Below, piece after piece: positions 27,085 to 41,295 of a DNA stretch of 64,000 nucleotides. Position 1 is the stretch's first letter, and the number at the start of each line of letters is the position of its first letter. Location: NCBI GenBank assembly GCA_000320545.1, contig ADNK01001243.1, positions 1 to 64,000 of the forward strand, in the 5' to 3' direction. Made by a program: the position numbers and the translations under genes. The notes under the pieces were generated by a model that did no database searches, was not told the origin of the DNA, and saw only the letters and a program-made list of their open reading frames with translations. This DNA comes from Bigelowiella natans CCMP2755 (taxonomy: Eukaryota > Protista > Cercozoa).

Positions 27085-27165
27085 ATGTGAGACGGATGTA
27101 ATGAAGTGATTTAATCTTTTCAATGGTCATCCTAATGTAGCTATGCAAAGCAGCGGCTACAGCGC
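27085..27165 (-). mobile_element. Relic 3' end of the same LINE family
   Basis: Aligns with ~6213-6293 (gagacggatg...tcaatggtcatcct.atgtagct.tgcaa.gcagcggc.acagcgc). Confidence 0.85.
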
Positions 27166-27674
27166 TTATTATGTTGTGTCATGTGTCAAAGCTTCTTTCT
27201 TCGAGGCACGCATGCTAGCTAATTGTATGCGATGCCGCTGCGCGTCCATGTAGCGCGTGTACGTTTAGACGTGCGTAGGTACCAGATGCGTGTCAACTGC
27301 AGCAGCCATATGATCAATCGCATGGCATGGCTAGATGGGTAATGCCTGTGCTGGGGCGTGGTGCAAAGTCACGCATCGCCGCATCAATGTTTCTGACAGC
27401 TAGGCATGTCGTACATGCACATGTGCTTATTGCATGTGTGCATGTCTCAGTCTGTAGCAGTAGTGGCGGCTTGGTGTCAGATCTGGTGTTTGGGCATGCC
27501 TCAGTGAATCGAAAACAGCAGGAAACACTCCCAACAACGCCAGCACTTAAAAAAGATCTGCACATGCAAAACACACATGTGCAAACAAATGAAAGTTTGC
27601 ATGCGATGTGTGCTGCCACATCGCACTTCACAACGTACATGTTGGTCGATCTAGCGCGCGATGAGCGGCGCTAG

Positions 27675-27925
27675 CAAGTCAAAAGCTGCGCATCGCACTT
27701 GGAAAAACTTGGTTTCCTGCCGTCCTCTCGCACAACTGGTATCAAATTAAAGCTCCCAAGCATTGCCACATCATGGATGCGCGCCATTTGTGGGGTTGGC
27801 AATCTTGGGGAATTCATGAATGCCCCAAGGACAATGCACACAAGCAGATGCCACATGTGGCACGCTGCAGGACGTGCATGGACATCATCTCCTCCAATGC
27901 AGGAAGTGCGAACATCAAACAAAGG
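27675..27925 (+). mobile_element. Degenerate fragment of LINE ORF2 C-terminus
   Basis: Translates LGFLPSSRTTGIKLKLPSIATSWMRAICGVGNLG, nearly identical to ORF2 of the 6-11 kb element, then frameshifts. Confidence 0.9.
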
Positions 27926-28349
27926 CTAGCTCAAATTGAAAACAAACAACAAACTGCTACAATACGCCAACGTCAAATGCGGCAGCATCGCGCTCACGCG
28001 CATGCGCGTGTCGTGCAAGCTTGCAAGGCTGGCTAGCTGGCTAGCAGCTGGCCATACCATACATGCCACTTCTTGCTGTTGCTAGCGCCTACTGGCTAGC
28101 TAGCGAGCCTGCTGGATGACCACGCATGAATGTGCACGAGCCTGCTGGAGGCAATTTTTGTCCAGCGTTAGAGCTTGCATGCATGCACATCTAGACATGC
28201 ATGCTCTAGATGCTGTCTAGGGTTGCATGACAAGAAGACGCGTGCAGAGCCATGAACTAGATGAAGCCAGTTGCATGAAGAAAATGAATTGCTAATTAAA
28301 TGGAATCAAAAGGTTTTCCAAGAGGTATCAACTCAATGTGCACATATCA

Positions 28350-31300
28350 TGTATGTGAGTTGCAACTGGGCGATTTTCCGAAAGGGAATCTTCATTCATC
28401 TGGAGGTCTGCTTGTTGAACGTGAAGACCTCCAACTTACTGACTAAATTCTGTCTGGTGTGCATCAAGGTGCGCAGCAATCCAGTGTTCTTCTTTACTTT
28501 GATCGTGTTGTGACGAGCTTCCTTTAGACTCACGCTCCTGACGCTTTACAAGTCTCATAACAAACTTACCGTTTATGGTTCTAATTTTCGGAACTGGGCC
28601 GAGACCACATGCTTTGTACAAAGTGCTTCCTGCTTATTCACACCATTCAGAGTGTTTAGTTATACACATCATGGTTTTCTTCCAAAATAATTCTGACCAT
28701 TGGCAAGAGGAAGCTTTCTGGACTGACTCAGATAGTACCTTCATTTCATGGAACATGCAAATTGGGATCAGCACAACTTATCATAATATTTTGTCGACGA
28801 TTTACCAAGTACAAATGTCTCCAACACTTCGAGCGTTGGGGTTCTCAGCACCTTATGCAAATAAAAAATTGAATTAAAAAAATTTTGTACTTGAAAAATA
28901 TACGATGGAATTTACATAGCCCATATCCTGCGGTGACTCCCCCATCTCCTAGCTCCAATCTAACAGTGCCTAGAACAACTATGTAATAAGACAGATTTGA
29001 TGCAACCTGTTCCTTAGTTTAAAAATTTAGACCGTTCATTTTTTTGTACTGAAATCCACTCGGCATTTTTTGGTATATCCTGATTGTTTAAAGATTCGTG
29101 TAATGGAATAGGAAGCTCATTCGTAAAGAGAGTCTGAAATAAGAGACTACCCATTCACTTCTGGTGAGCCTGCATGTGTCACAACTAATAGGTCGTCATT
29201 TGGACTTTCGCTCTGGTGGTGTTTCTCATGAGTCTTATCTTCCTCGGCTTTCTTTGCGATACGAGTGACTCTTGTGACCCAGTATCGTTCATAATAAAAA
29301 TACCCAGAGATGAACATCATAATCACCTATTTCGAATAGAGTATAAACTTGAGGGAGAATTGGCTTGCAAACTGAATAATATTGCGGACCCCGGCCCATA
29401 AAATTCCAAATTTTATGTCCCTCGTAGCGCTTGGATAGCTGGTTGAAATGGTGAAATGTAAACCACTGAGTTCTGAATTGATTGTGTCCTTTTGCAACTA
29501 CCTTAAAACAATAACAGCTAATACTCCGCCCCATATAGATGCAGCTAGGCCCACCGTTCGTGCGATGTTGTATAGAGGCGGAGTACTTGGCTCTCCAAGT
29601 ATCTGATCATTCATCTCAATTCGTTATATTATCATATTATTATTTTGAAGAAAGCTGATACTCCACTTTCAAGTACCTCATATCCGAAACGAATAGAAGG
29701 TCTGTTCATCCAGAAAATCGTTGCCATTGTGAGAACGACACCTTGTTTTTTAAGAAGGAGGCAGGAAAGATACTGTAGGTTATGGGTTATACGCGAAAAC
29801 CTCTCCATACGTGAACATACCTGAACCGATGCTGGCCAGTATTCCAGCGATCCGGCCATTAGATCCGAAAAACCCGCTTGATATCACCTGAAATACTGTT
29901 CCATTAGAACGAATATGGGAGACACGACACAGCATGTACCAAGGCCGTTTTCATTAAAGCAATGAATGAGAGGAAGGGCTTTGCCACTAAGAGGAAATTT
30001 GTCATTATTGAGAAACTTGGTGATTTGATTGATTTAACCAAAGATGTCTTTATCTTGGGCTGGAGGCTTTCTTGCTGAAACACCTCCTGTAAGAGTACAG
30101 TTTAAATCTGCAGAATTCAAAATTCAAAAACTTTGCAGGTAGAGATATACCAGCTGCTTCGTTTTCGACTGGATCTGTTTCACCTAAATAAAATGAAATT
30201 ATTTGAGTACTCCTTTCGGTACTTTTCCATGCAAGAACACTAACCAAGCATCGGGGCTATCATCGATGCCAAGGGCACATAAATTCCAAAGGAAACCTAC
30301 AATTATCAAATATCATCTTGCTCCTTGTAGTAGCATCATCCCCTCCATTTATATTTTATGAGTCAGCAACTAACTGGTAATTAAGTTTTTACCATCGACA
30401 AAGCAGCATAGAATTGATGGTCCTGCAGAAAACAAACCCAATGCAACAGTAAATATACCATATCTATTGCTCATTCTTAAGTACCCCCTCCCAGCACTTC
30501 ACGCTTCGGTCCAGTATGCTCACAAACGCATCTTCATTTATACAGTATTCAAGTGAATGATCTCGTTTTCAGATACGGATACTCAAGGGAAACCATTCTG
30601 ACTGTCGTCCCGTAAGCATGTCAGCACCAGAATTTGACTAAAAAGACAGTCATTGGTGAGATCCACCGAGTAGTCCATGCCACATTGTCAACAAGTTTAG
30701 AATCGTACTTGGTCATGATCACAATCAATAGAGTATCGGCAAGGATCTAATGTCGAGATAGTATTGAGTGGATATCTGACGATTTGATATTGTTACAATC
30801 GAATATTGCCTACCACAGCCATGTAGGAGAGTGATGAAGATAGGCCTAAAAGTTCAGACTGTTAGGAAAATCACGTCTCTACACCAACACTTCAGCATAC
30901 CTCTTACATCGCCGTGGCCGTAAACTACAGCCCCTGGAACGGAGTAAAACCAAACACGGCCAGCATCACGATCCAAACCTGTTGGCATATGTCGCTGATC
31001 GAGTGTAAAGTCTTCAGAGGCAAAACGGTGTCAGAACCCTTTTCACGAAGTGCCTGTGACTTGTACATTTCCTTTAGTAGTTGATAGATAAACAGCGCTA
31101 CCAAGGCTACTGTGACAGCTTTTGGAACAAAAGAATGATGATTATTTATTGTTCGGAATAAGCAATAGTAAGTATGTAAACCGAAGGCTGAATATGCATA
31201 GATCCCCACAGTATTCCTGAGGATGAATGTTCATACATTGAGCTGCAATAAAGTTCTACATGGTGTCATACCTTTCGATATAAGACTGGATATCTATGTA

Positions 31301-34300
31301 AAACACGGCGTAAAACCTGAAAGAAGTTCCATGACATAAATCCAATCAACCAATGGTGTGATCATACCCTTCGTCGGTCTCCGTATCCGATTCAGAATCT
31401 CCTACAGGTAGATATGTTAGATGTTATAGAACAAGATTACATTCAAGAAGAAGAAAGACTTCTGTTTGATTGAGGCGAATCTTCCTGAGCTGAAATGGAT
31501 TGAAGTCCGAAGGAGCTTAGCTGAATAACCTAATACGATTACCAACATGCCGTCACGCATACCAACTTTAAAAATTTGTAAATGCATCAACTTCGATAAT
31601 CAGCGAAAAGACTTCGATAAGGTTTCCCTGAGATGTTATCATCCAACATTACTAACGAGATTCGACATGACGGCCCGATTCTGTCTAGAGTTACCAAATT
31701 GAACCATCTAAACTTCAAGAAAACCGTTGGAGGAGCTTCATGAGCTATGGGCTCTACTCTCAATGCGCTTTTGGGGACCGATATTTGATGCTGATTCAAG
31801 AAGATAAATTTTGTTGGCTGGCAGCATTAGAATGGAAAAACCTAGATGTTTTGACGGAAAGCGAGACGAAAACTACCTCAAAAGTATCGAGGACAGGCTT
31901 TACCGAAATGTCACACAATCCAGCACCATGTGGAGAAGGGATTTGAATTTGTTGGACTTCTCGACGCTGGCTTTGACGTTTGAATCTCGTTTCGAATACG
32001 TCTGCTTTCATTTCCTCGAAAGATCTAAAGCTACGGTATGTTCCTAGTGCCTTAATAGTACAAGTGAAGAAAGTAATATGCTGTGTCGGTATGTTTGCGT
32101 GCTTATGGTGTGTGTGTTTAGAAAGAAGAATAGAAGAGGTAACCACCTGGAGAATCAGGATTAGAATGAGGAAAATCCCTGTGCATGTACAATTTGTGAA
32201 ACCGAAGTTAGACGCTAATCCTTTTAAGATTATAACCCTAAAACTCTACCTATTGATAGCCCAACCTCCAGTTCAGAAACTCCTTCGCTCCCAGAATCCA
32301 ATATCTATTATATCACTTCGTTACGAGCTGATTATCAGTAGCAGTGCATATAAAAGGCCACCAAATAGACGACTATCAGAGGATATCCAACTAGTAGACC
32401 GAGCACGGGTATCGAGCGCGTAGCAATGGAAATGCCTAGAATATTAAATCAGTCACTCACTATATCAATTCCTACGAAATTCCACGTACATCGAAGGGAT
32501 TTTTTTGCAGTAGACTCTTGTGCCAACAACTCCTGGCGAATCTCGTAGTCATCCATATGACGTTGGATGTTTTTAAATCTGATGTAGTGCGCACATGTGG
32601 GTGTGTCTGAGTATGTGTTAGGCCCATTAGAAATACTTTACCTTGAAGCAAGAAGGTACAAGCAAGCTGGAAGAACCAAAAGGAGAGATATCAAAACTGC
32701 GATAAAGTAGCTCAACACAGCACACTGTGGATAAAAAAAACTCTGTCAGCTTTGTATTTTCAGTTTTCTTCTTATTGATTCAAAACTCACAAATTTTCTT
32801 CCCAAGAATGCAGACACATCATGGCCTAATGGACAGGTATTTTAAATTCCTTTCACTCGTGTACTACGTAAATCAATACATTTCGAGTTTCCGCTGATTG
32901 GAGTTGATATCGAATCCTTTGGTGAAACGATCTGGGTTTGCAATGTTATGAACGTATTAATCCAAAAAGAGTGTCAAAGAATCTCCAGAAATGAAACCTG
33001 CACTTCCAGGCCTGATACGATTGAAGATATGACCAACGAATATCCATATCCAGATGGCAGTGTACTGGGTAGATTATGAGACACTCCAGCATCTTTTCCC
33101 GAGAGATGGTATCTAAATAAACCCAGAATCCAGGAGAGAGTTCTATCAAGTTCATAAAAAATACGATGATATATGAATTGGCTTTACCTCAGAGTTCGCT
33201 TCTCAAGATTGACTGATACAGTTATTATCTCCCCTTCCCTCCATTCTCGAGCATATATCTCAGGCACAGTCTTCGATTTAAGCTCGGAATCTTCAAATGT
33301 CTTCCCTGTCATCAGGAATCTGAAGCAAAGAATAATTCAAATATTCAACTAATCCTCAATCGATAGTTCAATGACAACACCCATATTTCATTTCTGGATA
33401 TGGCAACGGTTCCTGGGAAGATGATCTATGGAATATAAAAGCATTTCCGCTTTTCTTTCTCGGTTGCCTTTCGAGAGCAATTCCAATTGCCGCTCCCCAA
33501 GTGTTATCTGAACGGCATTATTTTTCATTCATTCTATCTAAACTCTATAGTGCAATTGCCCATACCTTTTGGAAGAGATTCAGGCAGCTTGTTGATGCGA
33601 ATTCGCCACTCGTGCAAGCCTTCAGTAACTACCTACTCACACAAACAAAGGTCAATACGAGTTGCTGTGCGGAAGAGATTTTGAGCACCTTTTGTCCATG
33701 CACACTGTACCAGCCGCCATTCAATTTTGAGCTTCCTTGGTTCCTCGAGGACTTGAAATCGCGTTGAAATAAATCGATACTGAGAATGGATGACTCTGAG
33801 ATGTCCGCAGTGACACGGCCCGAGATAGACTTTTCGTCAAGGTGACTCATGGAGAACCTACAGATATTGGACCCCACACTAGAAACCTATATTTTGGTGG
33901 ACCATAAATAAATTTAAGTTGCATTTTTGCGACAGCTACACGTTCGTGACCATGGGATGCGGATGGAATTGGTCTTCGACCCAGGTATCGAAGACACCTA
34001 TACATGTAAGAGTGATCATAGCTGATGAGGAGATGAAGAGGAGGCAGGAAAATGCAAATACCCGAGTCCTGCTTCGAACCCCACCAGGTTAACCAGCTGA
34101 GAAAGTTAAACACCTGGAGTGATATGAATGTATTAGTTTATGGAGTACCTCGAATTCCTTGGAATTGCATCCTACATTTTCCATATCCGCATAGACATCG
34201 TCTATCTCTATTTCTTCTTTGGTAGTAGCCTCAATTATTTCGTCTCCGGCAATTTCAACTTGTTCGTCTTCCTCGATGTCCTACATAACCCACGTATATT

Positions 34301-37300
34301 AGCCAAAATTGTAGACATTGTATTCTTCTACTTTTGGAGTGCTCGATCACCATATCATATTTGTCGAAGTTGGTTGCGAATTCCGGAATCTGGGCCCTCT
34401 CACTACGCAGCCCACTTGTTCGATCACTGCGGATAGTAACATCTCGTAGTTTCTCTTCAATTTTCTTACCTAGCACAGCAAGCTCCTTTTCTACTTCGGG
34501 AGCTTTGGTGGGGATGGCTGTGGATGCAGGCCGAACTTTAGATTCTTGGAGTCCTCGCATGGAAGATGATGGGTCCAAAGCATCACTAACTTTCCTGAAG
34601 AATTTTAGTTGCTTTGTTTGGATCTAAAAGCTATTCGGAAAAACTTACGTTTTAATTTCAGGAATTCTTTTAAGTGGAATTGACGACGGTGGGTGGCTTT
34701 TTCTAGAGCTTTTTCTAGTCAGCCTTCCTTGCGTCTGCACGTTGGACGAAGGGACGATGCGAGATGGACTAGAGGATTCCAACTGTAGCATGCTTTCCTT
34801 CTTCCTAATAAGTTAATTTTACATTCTTGCGCTTGAAGAATTTAGAAATCCTGTTTCACAACCTTTCTCGGCGATGCCTCCTTTTTTTTTTAATCGATAT
34901 TTGAGGTGTGCGTTTTGCTTCAAGAGCGGCACCATAGAATACTCCTCCACTATCTCCTCCGCTATTTATCCCATCAAGTATCCCAGCAGAACTAGAGATG
35001 AAAACATTTAACATTCAAAAATTTAATCAACCACCATCCGACCTAAGAATGGTTATGTATGATATAAATAAATTTACGCGAGTCCTTTGCGAAGTATGGA
35101 ATCCTTCAAACATTCCCAAACCTTTAATAAATACCACTTAGTTATTTTTCTTAGTCGCTTCAAACAAAGGAAGAATGTATAGATATATAATATACCAGTG
35201 TCACTGAATGCACGTCTGTCGCCTCAACAACGTGAGTGTGAACGTATCTGGCAGGAAAACTTAACATATTGACCATAGATTTCGATCTATGAATGCGTTA
35301 ATTACCCATCGTATAATTTTTCTTCGAAAGCACTCGCCACGGAGCTAAGAGCCTAAATCATATTTGTGCGATATATTGTTCCCGTTTGATGTAGAGAGCG
35401 AATCAAAAGTTCAGTACGTCGCTAGTGTTTACAGGATCTTCGTCGAGATCTTCTAGAGCTTTGCAATCAGCCAGAGGTTTCTGATGTAAACCAAGCGTTA
35501 GGATATCCACATTGTCAATATTAGGAACAGATACTTGTTTAATGAGTTCAACAAAGCTTTCCCTTCCCGTCAAAACCAACGCCTTGGTTTTCCTTTCCAT
35601 ACCTCTGGTTTAGTGTGCATGTGTTAGACCACGAGGAATAATACTGAAGAGCAGAAACAAGAAAACTCTCTGCCTTGAATTCATTATTTCCTCAAATTCA
35701 CGTAGTTCCCTTTCGATCTCGCTTTTGCCATTCTCTTGCTGAGGAATATTGATACAAATTGATGAGGAAGGGATATTAATCTTCGATCAATTTCCATGAC
35801 CCGAGCATAGGATGTTAAATCAGCGCAATAGATGAGCATATTAAAATCTTCGCAAGCCAGCAGCAGTCCTTGTCTTGTGCGACGCTACAGGTTACAGTAA
35901 ACAGTAAGTGATGCTAGGATACTTAAAGTCGTGGCCAACAGGATTTCGCTTACAGTAGTTGTCCCATATCCAGGTAGACAAACAAAATGAAAGAAGTGTC
36001 CATTGTAATCCATGGTAAATTCTCGAAGCGAGTTTAGGGAACTTGAAGCTCCATTCTGCAGTACATCTAGATCGATTACTATTTCTCAAAATGGAAATTT
36101 CTCATCAAACCTGCTGAAGATCAACATCTGTATGAAGAATATCCTCTTTTGAAGGCTCGTATCCATCGCTCCTTAAGGTGCATCAAAAGATCAAAAGTCA
36201 GTTTTGGAAAACAAATTTGGATGAAGGTTTGCTAATCACCCAATCCGATCGAAGTGTGATAGAAAGTATAAAGTATGTGGAGACAAGCCTCCTTCCTAGT
36301 GTGATGATATTCAAGAGTTTAGACAATTCAAGACTAGTATTCTAAGAAGGAACCTTCCAAGTTTGTGAAGCTGCATACTTTGCATAGAATCCAGCCTTGG
36401 AGAAAGTTTAAATCTTTAACTAAAAAGTTTGAAGAGTTCAGAAGATGAACACATTTTTTACATCTTCAGTCAGAAGAGTCTTGACGTCCTGGAACAACGC
36501 TTTGTCACATCCCAAATCCTAATGTCGTTAATATGTGCGTAACGCATCAAGGTCGTATTTTTTATCACCTTTCTATCCATAATCCTCTTTCGAATTCGTT
36601 GACATTTCTGTGATTCTAAGAAGACATTTTTTTTAATTTTTCATGTCACCACATCGAAGCACTTACCGCTAAGGGCCTCTTTATTTGCGAGTTTCAATAT
36701 GAATAATACTCCTTCCAAAACGATTCTGTATCATAAAACTTAGGTTCAAAGTAGGTTCCGTTCAAGATAGTAAAAAGATCTCATGGCCACAAGTATCTGA
36801 TTACCTGAATATTTCCTCTTTGTACTTGAATCGATTTTGATGGCTAGCATCTCCCCCCCTCTAAAACGAAATAATATTCTATTTCCCCATTAAAATGATC
36901 AATTATTAATTACAAATGTACCAAAATCGACAATGCTCGGAAAAACCTCATAGTTTCAAGAGCCTGCGAGCCACAATAATATTCTTTGACAAATAAGCTA
37001 TAACTCCAAAATGAGTAGTACATTGTATCCCAATAATAGGATTTTAAGTTTGTTGTAGTCTTTTTGTTTATTCGTACTTAGTTTCCTCACTGCATATGGA
37101 AAACATTTTCACAATAACTATTTTTTAGAACTTGTACTTCCACTTACTAATATCCCTATCGATATCATCTTCTTTCTTTTTCAATTTTCTTGCCCTATGC
37201 CACCCCTTTGTGTTATCGAAACATCTTTAGAAATATAATAATAAGAACTCTATGTTTGTATGTACCATCCAGCCATTTCTAGTGTCATCAGTATTAGGCA

Positions 37301-38698
37301 AAAAGCCCATTCTCTGTTCCCACTGGCAAAAGGACAGGTATCATTTTGAGCAAAACACATCATCTTCATAAAGAAACCTCTCCCAATAGATTCTCTAGGG
37401 GCTCTGGGGCTACATTGACTTTGATATGAGAGAGTTGTATAAGTGTTGACAAGAAGGAAGCTCGAAGTAGGTACAGTAGGTACCGTGTGGTGGATGTTTG
37501 GGGACGTATTTGAAATTCACTTCCTTCAATGTTTCTGTCCTGAAGATGCAAATATGCAAATCAAGACTGAAGTGGGATGTAGTGATGTAACTATAACTAT
37601 TCCAACATGTCGGATTTTTCATCCAAAAATTTCCACAGCCTCCTGTAGGCAATCACGTTTCGGTAGGTTTCCATTAAACCCGTCTGGACCTAAGAGGGAA
37701 TCTTAATTGGAGGAAAGTAAATGATCTTTGTTACAGACCTCAGATGCCTGGAGTAATGTGTTGTGTTGGCGAACTTGTCTCAGAAAATAATCTTCTAGCA
37801 TTCTGGAAAGCATGCCTGCGATATGTCAAAGCCTCGTGTACACCTTTAAGTTTCTAACAGCATGGATGAAGTCACCTCGAAGTTTGCTAAGACCCTTGGA
37901 TTCTGGTACACCCTCCCCCATACAATTCTATCATATGGTTTGAAAGCGTTAGACACCATTTATGTTAATTATGTTTATGAAACCTGGAAAACAGTCGCTT
38001 CTGGAAGAGATCTTATGGCACAGAAAACGATCTTCATTTCGTCACAAATTGACTGAAGCAATAAAATTAGTTCGGACTTCAAACTTTCGTTAATGAATCT
38101 CACATTTTGAATTTTGTCCCATACGAACGATATCCCGTTTATAGAGAATGGCGCATTTACAACGCTCAACTCATAGTCATTCTCCGCATCATATTCCCAT
38201 TTCGTGTGCTCTTTCTACATGGGTTATTTGGAGCGCAGTTGTTGAAGCAAATACATAGATTATAACAGCTCAGTTCCTTTGATGTCCGTTACCTGTAAAG
38301 CTTTCTTCAAATTTCTTTTTAGCTCTGGGTCCGTATGAATAAGATAGTAACTTAGCCTGCACGTTTGATACATTCCACCTATGAACAACTAGTTAGCGGA
38401 TTGGTTCTGGAGGCAGTTCGTTCTCTATCCACCTTCCTTTCCATCATGTTTGCTATCACTTCTTAGAAATGCTCCGTATCCCTCAAAGATGATGTGTTGT
38501 CCTAAATGGAAACGAGCATTCCAACATTCATGCTTCGTGTGGGGGTCTCACAAATTCAAACTGCGGTCTTTCTATCGTCGAAACCAGGGTGGAAATGCTA
38601 ACTATGCCAATAAGACATTCGATTAAAGGAATAGGAACCACACCAGAGAGCATAAAGCAGCCGTGCTGAATTATTTCCACGGAGGACGACGACGTCAT
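28350..38698 (-). CDS. Long multi-exon uncharacterised gene(s) with several hydrophobic exons (probable membrane protein)
   Basis: Dense minus-strand GT-AG intron pattern; candidate start MTSSSSVEIIQHG at 38698; hydrophobic exons at ~30400-30460 and 30925-31209. Function, ends and gene number unresolved. Confidence 0.4.
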
Positions 38699-39051
38699 CG
38701 AGATGCAGAATGGGGGGAGGTGGGCTCTATTGTTAGATTTTAGCGATTTTCCGATTTAATTTGTCGGCCAACACAATCCCAGCACAATCTTCAGGTTTTC
38801 TCGTCTGCGGCTACCGGTACTCCGCAGAGCTGTCGCACCCGGCAATTTCCATTCCGTTTCTTATTTCGGACCAATTTCATTCGTGTCGCGAAATGTATTT
38901 CCCCTGTTTTTTTGTAAACGAATGGAGCAGGTGAACAGAGTGAGGGACCATCGCGGTCTCCATCCGTTTTGTTTGCGGCAGCATCTTCAGGAGCGAAGGT
39001 TTTGTTTGTGCAGCATGATCGCGGTGCCCACACTCTGCTCTTTTACTTGAC

Positions 39052-39959
39052 CAGCAGAGAATGGACCATACCCCACATTTGATTTCCCATCTGCCGTCAG
39101 TAGGGGAATGACACAAAATTTTCATTTCAAAAATTCACCTACTGACGACCTACTGCTGAACTGAATTGCTAGAATGACATGGCAAAATTGCACGAGCATG
39201 ACATGTCAAGTACTCCACAATTGATTTCCCATCAGCAATCAGTAGCAAAATGTGCGAAAATGCGCAACATGAAAGCTTTGCCTACTGACGACCTGCTGCT
39301 GAACTGAATTGCTAGAATGACATGATGAAAATGTTCTACCCATGTGTTTTGTGAAAACAATCTTTGTTAAAAATGACATAGCAAAATCCACAGCAGAGCA
39401 TCGTTAAAAACACTGTAACTTTATTATCACCTAAAACAATAAATGAGATATTCAAATCAAAAATGGGAAAACCATTGGACAAATGGCTGACGGAAGAACA
39501 ATTTAGATCTTATTTGAAGAACAAAAGATTTTTGTATGTGATATCATCAAGCAACATGGACACATACAAAAGGAAATCTACTGAAGAACTTGTCATCAAG
39601 TTCGGCCAAGGCAAGGGAACTCAACCAGCATCAAGATTAAAAGATTACATATCATGTCATGGGTACACTGACTCCAAAAGACCTTGGATGGGTTGCAAAT
39701 TACATTACTTGCTCATCACGTACTGAAAAGAGCAAAAAAGTAGCAGCTATAAACGTTCTATGGTTCATAAGATGAACTAAAATTAAAACAGTATGCGCTA
39801 GAAAAAACAACTTGTTAGTAGACAGAGGCGATGAAAGAATATTAATAAGGTTGAGTAAATTGATGAGCATATTAGATTATGAACAATTCAAAAAACTTAC
39901 AGACATTGAGTCAAAACCTACATGCAATCTACGAAACAAAAAGCAGAAATACATCGTTG
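39052..39959 (+). repeat. Left terminal inverted repeat of the PLV
   Basis: cagcagagaatggacc...aaatacatcgttg is the reverse complement of 59941-60836 apart from scattered substitutions and micro-indels. Confidence 0.95.
39443..39959 (+). pseudogene. Frameshifted, truncated copy of the TIR-encoded gene 59633-60445
   Basis: ORF pieces 39463-39726 and 39812-39959 match the right-hand protein; several 2-4 nt insertions break the frame. Confidence 0.9.
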
Positions 39960-39984
39960 CAAGTCGATCGCAGCTATTCGATCT

Positions 39985-40345
39985 TGTTGTTATTGTTGTT
40001 GTTGTTGTTGTGTCGTTGTTGTTGTAGTTTATTATCATTGTTCATTGTTCATTGTTCATTGTTGTTGTTGGGTTCCGGTGTCGTACGTAACAATGTCTTG
40101 CAATTTGAAAAAACCAGCTAGTCAATTTACTAGTCATAGTCCTCACTAAAGCTAGTTCGAGGCACTGCGTTTCGCACACTGCAAATGTCTTGTAACATTT
40201 TGGAAATGCTAGTTTTTTGTCATTGTTCATTGTTCATTGTTCGTTCATTGTAGCTAGTTGTAGTCCTCACCACAGCTAGTTCGAGGCACTGCGTTTCGCC
40301 GTACACTGCAAATGTCTTGCAACATTTTGGAAGCGTAGTTTTTCA
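39985..40345. repeat. (TTG)n/(TTGTTCA)n simple repeats and a ~125-bp imperfect tandem duplication
   Basis: gctagttcgaggcactgcgtttcgc..acactgcaaatgtcttg.aacattttggaa occurs at ~40151 and ~40275. Confidence 0.8.
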
Positions 40346-40789
40346 TCATTGCTCATTCGATTCTCGGCACTGCGTTCCGTTGCACATGATGAGCTACATT
40401 TCCAAAATGCTGCGCGTCGACATTTGCAGTGTGCGAATTGCAGGCGGAGCAGCCACACGAGGGGCAAAACTGATGCACGAACTGTTGCCAGAGTGCGCAT
40501 TGATGCTCATGCTGTGTCCTAGAGACCACACAAATGTTGTCACATCTCTGGCAACACGCACACTTGCATTGTGGATCTGTAGTAGTTGTGCACACCCACA
40601 AACCTCGTCAGTGCGTTTCGCGTTGGAATGTTCAAAACGACATGTTCTGAGCTAGGTTTCGTACACATGTGATTGTAAGAACAATGCATGCGACCATGCA
40701 TGATCGAGCAATAACACACATGTGTATGTCCTAATCGCAAACATGCGCCACAGCTAGCACAGCGAACCACAACACATGACACTCCCTTC

Positions 40790-41185
40790 TCCAAATAGCT
40801 TCAAAAGTTGAAGACAAGCTGATCGAACTTCGCTTCCGTGAAGCAATCCCACCGGAAAATATCAGCAAGCATTAATATGCATTTATGAAAAATAGATGCT
40901 TGCGAAACAGCTTTAACCAAGATGGCACAGAAAATCGAAGATGGGATATACAATAAAAACGGCATGATACGTAAATTGCACGAGAAATATAAAATTAGGG
41001 GTTCCTTATTATTATGGATCGATGACTGGCTTAGATATCGCTCGGCCAGATTCAAATTTGGCAACACTCTATCTGAACATATGAATTGGAGAATGGAGTC
41101 CCAGAATGCTCTTCCCTTAGCTGTTTTCTATTTATAACATACTATGATATATATGAATACATAACAAATACTGATTTTCAAATAA
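40790..41185 (+). mobile_element. Internally deleted LINE RT fragment (related subfamily)
   Basis: Translates IASKVEDKLIE... and GMIRKLHEKYKIRGSLLLWIDDWLR.RSARFKFGNTLSEHMN, homologous to ORF2 at ~7640-8080; has stops and frameshifts. Confidence 0.9.
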
Positions 41186-41295
41186 TACCCCATGAGTAAA
41201 TATTGCATCTGCTTAGTTCTTCACATTAGCCACAGGAAAATATATAGCTTGGGCCGCCCACCTTGTAGATGGCGCGCATCTACTCCTGTATATAT

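Noticed and set aside
1-38700. Many 60-130 aa ORFs in the track, including poly-Ser, poly-His, CVCV and YIYI frames
   Set aside because: They are antisense or off-frame readings of exons, or translations of intronic microsatellites.
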